Assembly (NCBI GenBank): GCA_946965045.2
Contig: OX337240.1
Coordinates: 1,488,001 to 1,552,000, forward strand
Reading direction: 5' to 3'
Origin: Epithemia pelagica
Taxonomy: Eukaryota; Protista; Bacillariophyta
DNA length: 64,000 nucleotides
Shown: positions 31,740 to 42,986 of the stretch, piece after piece
Position numbering within the stretch: the stretch's first letter is position 1
How the letters are laid out: every line of letters starts with the position of its first letter
Position numbers and translations under genes: made by a program
The notes under the pieces: model-generated
The model's database searches: none
The model's input: only the letters and a program-made list of their open reading frames with translations
What the model was told of the DNA's origin: nothing

Positions 31740-33868
31740 TTAGACTCGAGTGGGATCGTTCATGTTGAGTTCGTTGATGAGCTTGTCCAACCCACCTTCC
31801 AACGATCGAAGGACCGAGAGATAATAGGGTAAATCATCGGTTTCGGACTGAGCTCCTGTATCTTCGTGGTCGCCGCTGACGCTGTTTCTCCAGACTTGAC
31901 TAGAGTTACTTTCGCTTTGTACAATGTGAAAACTGGAAGTGACATTACGGGAATGGTCACCATTCTGTTGATCCGAAGAGTTATCGTTCCCTCCAATAAC
32001 ACAGTGACCAAAGACAGAAGAGAACACTTGAAGAACCTTGTCGCCAAGTTCCATTTCGCCATGTCGTTCTTCGTCTTCGATATCCTCCAGGTGACTTGAA
32101 TGATAGACTGACATGGATCGGCGTGGAGGAGTCAGAGATCCCAAACTATCCGCCTCTGTTTCCTCGGTAGTTACAGATACTTGAATCCAGGAATCATCGT
32201 CCTCGTAGTCCTCCATGTCCTCGTCACATACCTGCGACGCAGTTGTGCTGTTGGTGGTACTGGTACAGCGCGACAACGGACCACGAGCAACTCTCTCGTC
32301 GAGATAGGGTTTGTTAATGTGACGCATCACGTCTTCGTAGGGTGGAGCCGCATTCAATGTGCTTTGAAAGACAGTCTTTATCAGAAATCCATGATATTTT
32401 CCATACACAGTGTCGTACGCTGAATACAACTGTCCGCAACAACAACAAAACAGAAACAACAACAAACGTGAGTTTTTGCAAGCTTTCTTTCCCAGAGATA
32501 GAAGGGCGTGAATTTTGGGGAACGTACCGCAGCCTTGGGTGTTGGAAAGTCTATCGGAACGCGTGCTGTGTTGTCTAGACAATAGCTTTGGTACTCCAGC
32601 TGGCGCTTGGTCCACAACAGGCCTGATGCTGCGGAATTATCTGTAAGAGCAGGAAGTTTCGGATGACGATTCACTTCCAGTTCGTGTCGTAGCAATTGCC
32701 GCAGTGTGGGAGCTGTTGAAACGACTTGTGGTAATTGCTGTGGTGAATCCAGTTCTGACATTGGATCGTTCATGAGCACCACTCCTTGGTAAAAATTCAG
32801 CCAATCCTGTACGGCATGTTCAATTTTACCAATGTTTTGAATCAAGTCCCGCCGGGCAATTCCAATGCCAATCCCAAACTTTGCATATCCACTGGGGACG
32901 ATCCGAAGCGACCTCCATTCGGCAAAGATTCTGGCTACCGCTGCAAAGGCCAGGGCATCCATGGAATCGCTGCTACTAAGGCTCGGTGCAACATCACTGG
33001 CAGGAACTCTCAATGGTACCACATCCGGTCCTCTCGCCACTGCCAGAGCTTCATCCATGACTGCAATTACTTCTTGTGTGACAGAACGCGCTCCTGTCAG
33101 AAACTGAGTTCGATCAAAGCTTATTTGGTTCATCAGCACACCGTAGGAGAACACTTGCGCCATATCTCGGAGGGTCATCTTGTTCAACAGATCGGTTCCG
33201 ACAAAGGAGTCGGGTGCCGAGAAGACCACGGTGGACCGCACTTGTCGTTTGGGTGTTTTTCGAGTCTTGTGCACGGGCTTGTGCCAGTCGGCGGCATCGG
33301 CCATACCAATCCCCGTACCACTCGCACTTTGAAATGTGGCCGATACGGTGGACCGTATCCGTGAAGACAGGGCCTGAGACGACGATGCCACCTTTTGCAG
33401 TGCATGGTCTGTGGCCTGTCGCACTAAATGACAAGTCTGATACCGGACGAATTTCCAGCAATTGACACCAATCCAGTACAGACAGACCACGTAGAGGAGC
33501 AACTCCTTGGAGTAGACCAATCGAGGAACTACATGGTCCCCGTACAAGCCCAAACCGAAGAGAGTTGTGGCTGCTGTAGAAGTTGCGGCTTGAGTGCTAG
33601 GAGTAGTTTGTGTAGCATGATTGCCGAGATATGCAGTGACAATGGTTAACAACGCAAAGTGCTTGGCATAATACGTGTACATGGTACCTTTGCTACTAGA
33701 TGAAGAAGACGGACAGTTGTCCGTGTCTGGTCTCGCCGGAGACACGGGCGAAGCCACTGTCATGACCTCGTCTTGTCGTTGTGGATCCGTCGAGAAGGTG
33801 GAAGCAGATGGATCTGTGGATGCTTGCGCCGAAGTCTGACTTGGATTCGGTGGGGGTTGATGACACAT
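31740..33868 (-). CDS. Glycolipid transfer protein (GLTP/ACD11/HET-C2-like) domain protein (join 33868-32528, 32429-31740; ~676 aa)
   Basis: Phase-0 intron 32527-32430 (GTACGT...CAG, 98 nt) gives SAASGLLWTKRQLEY...PKAA|LYSAYDTVYGKYHGFLIK...APP and a C-terminal ELNMNDPTRV. Confidence 0.75.
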
Positions 33869-35056
33869 CCGTTGGACTTTATGGGCTTCCGATGGTGAAG
33901 ACTATCTCTGAATTTTTGTTAGTATTCAAATGGTTGGGGGACGAAGATGACGTGTGGACTTCAGACTGATCACTTCAATGGAAAATGTGGTTCCAACAAA
34001 ACAACCAAACTGTTCCAACGACTACTTGGGAGTACTTTGGTGCGATGACTTGATCCAAATCTGCGAGAAAAAGTCTAACGTATGCAGGTTGGCACCATGG
34101 TGTCAAAAGGCGTAAACGTGGACTCCGCCGCGTTGGAATTCTAAAAGTATCACAATATCATTAACAATGCATAGGCGCAAACCGATGGAAGTTGTATCCT
34201 TCAGTCGCTCTTACAGTCGCACAGCGTGACTGGCACATCAAATCACGAATGACACACTTAACGCTCGCCACAATCGCCCAATCACCCATCACGTTTCAGG
34301 TGAGTGGAGCACCTTCATTGACATGGTACCTCTTGTTTTTTGTACGGACGGTGCACGGTGCTCCTGCACCTTGACACTTTTTCTCGCTAGTGGCGCATCT
34401 TGACCACGCATTCGTTACTCCAAAGTACCGTCATCTTCTCCTCTCTCTTTTCTACTACTTGTACTACTCGGTGATGGTGACAGGTTTACTTCAACATTGT
34501 CACCATGTCTCCATGAAAACACAGCAGATGGCAAAGAATCAATGCCTCAAGATGATCTTCCATCTGGCTATGAAGAGTTTCCGAGACACCGATTCCTGAT
34601 TCTTGTGTATGATCAACGGATTCTGACATGATTACACCCTCAGCCATGATTGTTAGGTTGCACTTGAGCCAAAGGACGCAATGTTGATCAGAGCAACGCA
34701 AACTCTATGATCAGTGCAACACAATCCTACGCGATGGAAGCTACAGAGACAGATACCCTCGACAGATATATGAAACACACATGCCGTTCGCCTCACAACT
34801 TTGTGATTAGTGATACCGATTGTGTCATTACACTCAGAGGTACAGATAGTTTCTTAAGGTCGACATTGGTATCGGTCGAGTTTTGTCTATCAACGCCGAT
34901 CAAACGTAGAGCGATTCGTCTTGCTGAAATATCGTGGTTGAATAATGACATATGTCGTGGGTTACGGTCAGTAACCGTCTTCGTGCATGATGGGTACCGA
35001 GCAACAAAGCTTCGCCTTCACAATAATTTCACGGTGTTGTGTAACACGGGTACGAG

Positions 35057-35104
35057 TATTGGTATTGGGTATTGGTATTGGGTATTGGGTATTGGTATTG
35101 GGGG
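35057..35104. repeat. Simple tandem repeat (TATTGG/TATTGGG)x7
   Basis: Read directly: tattgg tattggg tattgg tattggg tattggg tattgg tattggggg. Confidence 0.95.
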
Positions 35105-35584
35105 AAGAATCTCCAAAATCCCCCAGATCCAGATAGGCGAACGAGCTTGGGGGAAGTTGGACTGGCGCGCAATCCAGCCTCGAAAAATGAGAAGCTCCTC
35201 ACAATTCTCAAGCCCCATCCGCAAAATCCCAAATCCCGGATTATACATACACAAACCCTGGGAGCAAACTGCCAAGCATGCCAAGCCCATATACACGTTC
35301 GAATAGGAAGGGAACCAAGCACTACAGTGGTCTCAGAGAAGAGAACAATGCGCCCTATTACACAAAGTCTCAATCCTGGGCATGCCACCGCTCGGGCTTT
35401 GCTGTTCGTTGTTTCTGTTCCGACCCGTCAGTTTTGCTTACGATCCGGGACCTTGCCGCATCATTAAAGCGGAATCAGAGACTTTACCTGAGTTCTTGTT
35501 TTTGATTAAAAGGAAAGATTGCTGGACAGAGTGTCATAATACCCATGTGCCCAGTCTAAGTCTAAGCAACAAAACTTTGACAAA

Positions 35585-36364
35585 ATGGTTGAACAGCACA
35601 TCATTGAGCGTAACACGCGATTGCGCAACAAATCTTGGGACGTAATCATGGACAACACGAACACATGGAATATGGAAGAACAAAGGAAGAAAACAGTGAA
35701 AAGAGTCCTCAAGCAACGCAAAACAAAAAGAGACTATTTCAAACCAGAAAATAACTCAGTTACGCCGTTTGCCTGCCTGGGTGAAGGATGTCGTTATGTG
35801 ACTGGTCATGGTTGGGAGTCTATCAAAGCACACATGAAAAGTTGTCTGAAGTACTGTAAGACAAAGCCTATTTCTATTCTGAGCTCCAAAGAAAAGGCAC
35901 AAGACCTTTTGAGCGTCAATATAGCTGCTGTCGAGAACGGACACTTGTTTCAAACAGTGGAAACATCTGAACCGTTCGCCTGTCTGGGAGAAGAATGCTC
36001 TTCCAAGTGGAGCACATGGAGCTCAGCAATTGCTCACATGAAATGTTGTGACGAGTTTGATGGCATACCCAATGGAAGAATGAATGAGTCCTGGAAGAAA
36101 GCCACGACAATCAGATCCTGCTCCCGCATCGCGTTGGTGCCAATGGAGAACAAGTATGCCTACGATCCAACGAGCCAGCATGTACGTAACGTCGATAAAC
36201 AACGGCTGTCTTTCCACCCATCCCAAGCAGTGCAGGAGGATGAGACCAATGAGTATTGTGACAAAAAGCTTCAAAAGAAAGTGGACCAAGACACAAGGAA
36301 AGCAAAACAAAACAAGAAAAGGCTGTTAATCAAGCGTAGACTCATTGAAAGATCAATCAGCTGA
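35585..36364 (+). CDS. Protein with two C2HC zinc-finger repeats (FACLGE.C)
   Basis: FACLGEGCRYVTGHGWESIKAHMKSC (35768) and FACLGEECSSKWSTWSSAIAHMKCC (35975); basic C-terminus. Confidence 0.7.
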   Translation: MVEQHIIERNTRLRNKSWDVIMDNTNTWNMEEQRKKTVKRVLKQRKTKRDYFKPENNSVTPFACLGEGCRYVTGHGWESIKAHMKSCLKYCKTKPISILSSKEKAQDLLSVNIAAVENGHLFQTVETSEPFACLGEECSSKWSTWSSAIAHMKCCDEFDGIPNGRMNESWKKATTIRSCSRIALVPMENKYAYDPTSQHVRNVDKQRLSFHPSQAVQEDETNEYCDKKLQKKVDQDTRKAKQNKKRLLIKRRLIERSIS

Positions 36365-36401
36365 CTTTACTAAGAGCGGGTCGCACCCATTGGTTCATCC
36401 G

Positions 36402-37598
36402 ATGGACCGCAAATCCTCCAGACAAACTCGAAAGACCAATGAGAAACCCCCGAAAACGCCAAAGCATCCAGAAGTCTTGCAGTACGCTTGCCTTGGAATG
36501 AAATGTACGTACAAATGTTGGTCATGGCGTAGAATGAGCTTTCACTTGCGTTCCTGTCACAAGTACGGAATGTATTCCGCCAAGGGAAAGATGAAAGAAA
36601 GCCAACAGAAGGCATCCCGGATGGAAGCGCATCAGACCAATGCAAACAAGAGCAGAACGAAGAAGAAGAAGAAAACGCAAAACACGAACAGCACTGCATT
36701 TAGTGGTGCCATGTCTGGAAGGGTAGCCAGCTCGTCCGGCAATGCCTTTGCATGCCTCGGTAAAAAATGTTCCTTCAAGTCGCAGACATGGAACACAATG
36801 TGCGACCATTTGCGTACCTGTAACATTTATAGACAGTTTTCTGCCAAGGGCAAAATGAATCAATGTAAAGAAAAGGCATCCAAAAGTCGAACGAAACGAG
36901 TCCATCAAAAGCCTGAAAGTACGAGCTCCAATAAGCGGCAAGGATCAAAGCCCCCTGACAAACCGAAGACAACTTTGGAAGCCAAGGCCTTTGCGTGTCT
37001 TGGAGAAGACTGCCCATTCAGGTCGCGGAAATGGAATCAAATGTGCAACCATTTACGAAAGTGCAAAGTATATGGAGAGGTTGCTACCAAAGGCAAAATG
37101 AAGAAATGTCGAGCAAAGGCACTTCAAACCAAAACAGCCGAGAAAAAGCCTGTAAATTTGAGCTCGAAGAAGCCACATCAACCGCATGCCACTAACCGAA
37201 CTTCATGTGACGATAACGTAGCAAAACGGACCACAACCTTGCCCACCAGTGGTTTTGCATGTCTTGGTGAAGACTGCTCATTCACGTCGCAGACATGGGA
37301 CACAATGTGCAAGCATTTGCATGCTTGTCAACTTTATGGAAAGTATTCTGCTAAGGGTAAAATGGAGAAATGTCGGATCAAAGCTTCCTCGCTAGGTAAG
37401 ACACATGGAAGGAAAACGAGTCAATCACATGAGTCCATGACTATGGATTGTGGAAAAGTTGGAGAGGAAGAGGTTGAGATATTGAAACAAGTTGAGGTAT
37501 GGAGAAAAGTGGAGAAAGAGAACATGATCCGTAGGCAAACTGAAACAGGACAGCTTGAGATCGACACACCCGGACTGCTCTCTGGATACTTTGAATAA
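36402..37598 (+). CDS. Protein with four C2HC zinc-finger repeats (FACLG..C...SAKGKM..C..KA)
   Basis: Repeats start at 36483, 36747, 36990 and 37254. First in-frame ATG is 36402; the track ORF starts at TTG 36345. Confidence 0.8.
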   Translation: MDRKSSRQTRKTNEKPPKTPKHPEVLQYACLGMKCTYKCWSWRRMSFHLRSCHKYGMYSAKGKMKESQQKASRMEAHQTNANKSRTKKKKKTQNTNSTAFSGAMSGRVASSSGNAFACLGKKCSFKSQTWNTMCDHLRTCNIYRQFSAKGKMNQCKEKASKSRTKRVHQKPESTSSNKRQGSKPPDKPKTTLEAKAFACLGEDCPFRSRKWNQMCNHLRKCKVYGEVATKGKMKKCRAKALQTKTAEKKPVNLSSKKPHQPHATNRTSCDDNVAKRTTTLPTSGFACLGEDCSFTSQTWDTMCKHLHACQLYGKYSAKGKMEKCRIKASSLGKTHGRKTSQSHESMTMDCGKVGEEEVEILKQVEVWRKVEKENMIRRQTETGQLEIDTPGLLSGYFE

Positions 37599-37850
37599 AC
37601 CTTTTTTCGTGTCGTCTTCAGCTCGAGTACAGGACTTCCCTCTTTTACGCCTTAGCGATTGTAAATTCGTGAATAAAAAGGTTGTTATCACCTTTGACGA
37701 TCATCTCCATTCCATTCCCGTAATACCTATAATGATAATCTTCTACGTATGCTGAGGAGTATTAGGAGAAGATACGGTTGGTGTCTTTCTGCTTTCTGCT
37801 CTGTCTCCCTTGTGCTCTGTTCATATCTCTCGAAGCTCACTGAAAACGAA

Positions 37851-39446
37851 ATGTCTGAAGGCAACATGAAGCAGAATGATAGTGCGAATGCGGCTGAAGA
37901 ATTTTTGATTCGAGAATACGACGAAGAGCCAGGCGTGACAACCAACCACACTCCGGCGTCCACCGACGATGGAGTTGTCTCCATTAGTCGAGAATACATT
38001 GTACAGCACCATAACGACACAAGCAAGAATGGCTCCAAAAACCCGCAACATTCTGCTGTCGAAATTTCGGAAACGGCCCTGTATACGAGGCGGCGCTGGT
38101 TGCGTGCTCCATGGAGTGTCGCCAAGGAATTGTTTTTGCCCATTGGATATCCCTCCACAGTTCATACAGGTTATTTGGAATATCAATTTTATGATTCCTT
38201 ACAAGGACTATGCTCCTATTTGCGCGGTGTCTTGTGTTCGGCGCAAGTCTTACAGGCGGCGGGGGTGGGCAATGACCAGGCCACTGCGTGGGCTGCGGCC
38301 TTGACCTGGGCCTTGAAAGATGGTGTTGGCATGACCTCCGGTTTGCTGTTTTCGTACCTGGCCGGACCATTGTTTGATGCCCATGTCAAGGAATTTCGCC
38401 TCTTTGCCGATTTCATCAACAATGTCGCCTTGACACTCGACATGTTGGCACCCTACAGTCCTAGTTTGCTGCTCGTCACTTCGGCCTCGACCGTCTGCAA
38501 AACATTGTGTGGTTTGTCAGCTGCCGCCACCAAGGCTAGCATTACCCACTACTTTGCCACGACGGGCAATATGGCGGACTTGAATGCCAAGGAAGCCACA
38601 CAAGAAACCTTGGTGTCCTTGATTGGCATGTTGTTGGGGGTATCCCTCGCACGACAATTGCAACAGTTGGAGCATGAGGACAGCCAAGACAATGAAATGA
38701 CGACGAGTACATCGCAAATCATTCAATGGGCCGTCTTTGCCTTGCTCACCGCCATTCACATGTGGGCCAATTGGAAAGGAGTGTACTTGTTGCGCTTGTC
38801 TACACTAAACCGACAACGTGCGGAACTGGTTCTTCGTACCATGATTCGACAAGAGGATGAACCCTCGACTACTCTGATTCCACTCAAGTCGCTTTCCGAA
38901 ATTGACTTTTCTCCTCCCAGCACAATATTTGAGTCTCTACTGACTTCGACCCGAAAAATGCTTTGGCCTGGACAGCTGCATCTAAACGCGCGTCTGGTCG
39001 ACATGATGCGGGCCGCTGCTGCTGCGTCGTCGTCTTTGATAAGTTATCAACAGGCATTGATTCAGCAGCTACAAGCTGGTACGGCCACATATGTCATTCA
39101 GGTAATCCCTCGTCCTGGTGACAAGATACGATGCATTCAAGTGTGCTTGTTGCGAGGAGCTTCTCATGTGGATGAACTACAAGCCTTTTGTCATGCACTG
39201 GTGTTGCAATGGCACGGCACACAAGTTTCGTTTCCCCATCCCGACACTGTCCGCCGTTACGGACAGATACTCGAGGGATTGTTCCATCCCCGCAAGGAGA
39301 TCAACCAGCCTAGTGTGGTGGATCAATTAAAGCAAAATGGTTGGCAAGTGGACGATGGACGACTGTATTTGGGGTTTCCGCGAAGACGAACCGAGTGGAT
39401 GGCTCAAGAGAAGAAAACTTGGAGTGGGAAAAACAAAATAGAATAA
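37851..39446 (+). CDS. RUS1: RUS1 / DUF647 family protein
   Basis: LFLPIGYPSTVHTGYLEYQFYDSLQ, LKDGVGM, NMADLNAKEATQETLVSLIGMLLG, HMWANWKGV...L.TLNRQR. Likely start is ATG 37851. Confidence 0.9.
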   Translation: MSEGNMKQNDSANAAEEFLIREYDEEPGVTTNHTPASTDDGVVSISREYIVQHHNDTSKNGSKNPQHSAVEISETALYTRRRWLRAPWSVAKELFLPIGYPSTVHTGYLEYQFYDSLQGLCSYLRGVLCSAQVLQAAGVGNDQATAWAAALTWALKDGVGMTSGLLFSYLAGPLFDAHVKEFRLFADFINNVALTLDMLAPYSPSLLLVTSASTVCKTLCGLSAAATKASITHYFATTGNMADLNAKEATQETLVSLIGMLLGVSLARQLQQLEHEDSQDNEMTTSTSQIIQWAVFALLTAIHMWANWKGVYLLRLSTLNRQRAELVLRTMIRQEDEPSTTLIPLKSLSEIDFSPPSTIFESLLTSTRKMLWPGQLHLNARLVDMMRAAAAASSSLISYQQALIQQLQAGTATYVIQVIPRPGDKIRCIQVCLLRGASHVDELQAFCHALVLQWHGTQVSFPHPDTVRRYGQILEGLFHPRKEINQPSVVDQLKQNGWQVDDGRLYLGFPRRRTEWMAQEKKTWSGKNKIE

Positions 39447-39594
39447 TCTACTTGCACGTTCGCCTATCAACATGTTCCATTAAAAATCGTGGGTTCAAAG
39501 TTCAAAGCTGGATTCCGATGTACGAATGAGAGTGAGCTTCATGAAACGTTGTATTGCCTTCTAACCAAACAGGGAAAGCTGGTTCTTCATCAAC

Positions 39595-42166
39595 CTAGTC
39601 GCATCCTGGTACCTGGCTCAAGGCTGGCTTGCACGAAGCGAAACAGATCCCCCGCGGCCGCAAACCCATGAGTCTACAGGCGTCGTTGCAAATGTGAGTT
39701 GCAAAAAAGTCTTCAATGCCCTTATCGCGACGATCTGTTCGTCCAAATTTCAGTCCTTTCAAGGCCTTAGCACCGTTGCGCTTGTGAATGGCAGGATCCG
39801 TGAGGACAAATTTACAACTGCCATTCGGACGAATATTGAGTGCTCCCTGTAAATCAACCACAATGAGTCGACCGCCACTACGAACGTACGAAAAATGGCT
39901 GAATGCTTGCATAAAGTCTTCGTCAGGGATCGGTTGACTTGGAAGTTGAATGTCTGCCAGGCTCCCTTCTTGCACGATGCGCTCAAAAATCTCTTTGGTG
40001 CTTTCCTCTGGATTTCGATCCTCCTCCGCGTTGATTCCCGAATCATCACATTCCGTCTCTGACTCTTCTTCGTCTTCTGCAATGACACTTAGTAGCTCCA
40101 TGGGAGCTGCACCAGCTTTCTTGGTTACGTTTTGATTCTCTCCTGATAACATGATCTCTTTGGACTCTGGCTTGGTACCCAAAAGCATTTTCACCAACGA
40201 TGGATTCAGGAGATTATCGTCGAGCTCGACGTACGGTGACTCAAATTTTTGATCCACCAGCCCCCCTTTGTTGTTGTTGTATTTTTTGTACTTGCCCGCG
40301 ATCATTGGTTCCACCAAAACGTTGTACGTTTTGCGTTCATTCTTATCCACCAATTCAAACACTTGTGGCTGCACGAACTGAATTCTTGGGTACCTTTCGA
40401 CGTCGTCCCGATGCTTCCGAAATCGGGCTTTTGAAGCTCGATCCAGCACTGGTTGGTGCGACATCTCGTTGAGTCGTTTCTTCAACTCGTCGAGAGTGAC
40501 ATTAAATTTATGAGCAAACTTTGAAGCCAAGAACTGTGTTCTCATGAACATTAAATGATACTTATGTTGCCTGGACTTCAGATAATAGTTGGCGCCCTTC
40601 CTCTCGATTCCCTCGTTATCGATGAACCGAGATTCTTTGGCACATATGAGGACCTGTGAAGTTACCTTCCTCATCTAAGAAACGAAATTTGAAAGCGACA
40701 CGTTCGGCCCCTTCCCCAAAACATTTCTTCTTCCATGCAACAGATAATGATGGTATCACTGTGTTTCTGTCCAGTGACATGAACGCACCTCGACGTCTTG
40801 CTGTGGCCATCTCGAGACAAACTTCTCTGTCATGGTGAAGACGCGCTTGTCCGTTACATAAGCATTTGTGACAGAAGAAGCAAGCTTTACAGATGGTGCA
40901 TATCTTGCCAAGTCTCTCGTTTGCTTGTCTGGTCGTGGTATCCAAAACAAACACTGCGAAACACGAGGAACAACGGGGTTCAATGAGACGGCTAAAGTTA
41001 CCATCACCATGATTGAGGCGGTGGTTCCAGCTCCAAACGTTGACTGTATACTGGCTTTCAGAGTTGAACAGTCTCCAATTATCTGTAGGCGCCAGGTCAT
41101 CTGGGGCGTCGTTGCGTTCTCGAATAAGATCTGTTCGTACAGTCATACAATTTCCAGAGCTGAGGTTCGTGAGTTCCGTTTTTGTCGATGTCAAAGACGA
41201 GTTAACTGTGCTTGAAATGATCTCAGAGAGTGAGTTGGCATTCATGGAAGGTTTATTGAAAGATGCAATAGATCCATAAGCATTGGCTTCCTGGACCATT
41301 TTCTCAAGGATACCAAAGTCCTCTGCTTTGTGATTGGCCATTCCGATACAAGTCAACGACAGACGCCGTCCGAAGCGACTTGCCAACTCACCAATCTTGG
41401 AAGGGATCTCGTCTTTCTTCATGTCAGATGGCTTGCCGTCTGAAAAAAAGAAAAGAGAAACTGCACATGATCCGGACTTGTTCTTATTCAGCAGTTTTTC
41501 AGCTTGGTCGAGTGCTGGCACGTAGTTCCCATGACCGCTTGGTCGATTGTTGATCCACTCCCGCAAATCTATCAACTTGTTGTACAACACATAATCACAC
41601 GGCTCGCATTCCATGATAACTTCGGCCTCATCTCTCATTAACACGATGCTTACAAGATCGAGTAACGATTTCTTGCCGTCCTCTAATTGACTTTTAATAA
41701 AGTCACGAGCCAGACACGTCCATACTCCATCAGATCGACAACGAGCTCCATCGACATCATCGGCTCTCATCGACCCACTCATGTCAACGACCAAAACTGT
41801 ATGGCTGGTCCATTTATCTTTTTGTTGTAAGAGTTGGTTCTTGATATTGTTGTGTGCTCTCATTACACGCTTGGTATCATGCATCGCGCTTTTCTGGATT
41901 AGTTCTGGCTCAGTGCGGCGAGTTCCACTCTTTTTCAGTCCTATGTTGTCTTTGTCTGGGTAACAGGTGATGGCACGATTGGACCTGGGACACCAGATGA
42001 AAACAATTCCCTTGTATGTGTATTTGAATCGACCATTCTTTGTTTGCTCGTACATACCATATCGGCGAGCACGCAGGAGATCCTCCTTGCTGATGTTTCG
42101 CTGTTGACGCCGCTGTCGGTCGTGAAGCGTTGAATGTAACTCTGACAGGAGAGTCGACTCGTCCAT
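39595..42166 (-). pseudogene. VWA-domain alpha-kinase with N-terminal DUF4258-like and Cys-rich modules; frameshift at ~40642
   Basis: VVDMSGSM (MIDAS), FGEGAERVAFKF, AKESRF, VLVEPMI.GKYKKYNNN.G, QAFSHFSY..SGG.LIVVDLQG, LTDPAIH, FFATHICNDAC. The junction reads CAT ATG T GCC AAA GAA where ATG GTG GCC is expected, a 2-nt loss. Confidence 0.8.
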
Positions 42167-42986
42167 TGTCGTCTCTCTTTTTTGAATCGGATGCTCAGAA
42201 GTTGGTATCGTCTAGTTATGATACGCTTCTCCACAAAAATACAAACATCTATTTCGAGATGGGCGAAAGATTGCAATGACACAACCAACGAATGAGAGCT
42301 TGCGATAAATTTTCTCCACGACAATCGCAAAACAAGTCCGGCGACAACAGGAAACCAACAGTCTCCCATTTTCTTGTGACTCAATGAATCATCGGCATAT
42401 CACGCTAACAGAGCAACCGCATACTGGGGTGGCAACTGGCAACCTCTTTATGGGGATGGTTGGTACCTCCTTCTTGTGATGATTTTTTCTTCTCATGGTC
42501 GGTTGTTGCACATCACTTTCAAAGTCCTTGGTATCTGGGAGAAACCGGGAGTCGTCAATTCTTCTTTCGATGACTTTCTGGAACTTTCTGCTTCGTCATT
42601 TGTAACGCTTTTAGGTCGCATTTAAAAAATCACATTATACAACCTAGCGTCATGGTTCTAAACGTATCATCAAAAGCACTACCTTCGAATATATCGATAC
42701 ATACAGAGAGTACGGAGTCGTCCAAGACCACAAGACACTTCTTGCTTCACCAGCTGCCAAAGACACATTCCAACTTCAAAGACCAAATCAAGCCCATTCG
42801 GTGTTCGTTGATGGATGTTTCTTGTTCTGACACCCGACGAGGAGAGCGAGAAAGAGAGTTGCGTACAACATATAATGGGGAAACCATCACGAGGATTGCA
42901 ACAACGTCAATCCAAGATCCACAAGGTCTGAACGAAAACACAAAAGAGACTTCAGGAGAGTCACGATAGTATCCCCGGAAGAAAGT

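Noticed and set aside
35057-35104. CRISPR-like array or true telomere seed
   Set aside because: There are no unique spacers, the context is eukaryotic, and the unit differs from TTAGGG. No CRISPR, tRNA or rRNA genes were recognised anywhere in the window.
34707-35306. 199-aa ORF spanning the TATTGG repeat
   Set aside because: No recognisable domain; the frame is held open partly by the simple repeat (IGIGYWYWVLGIGIG).
36336-36376. Intron joining the two zinc-finger ORFs
   Set aside because: It would be only 39-41 nt long, and neither acceptor gives the required phase.
40650-40668. GT...AG micro-intron rescuing the alpha-kinase frameshift
   Set aside because: The only candidate (GTAACTTCACAG) is 12 nt, too short and frame-neutral.
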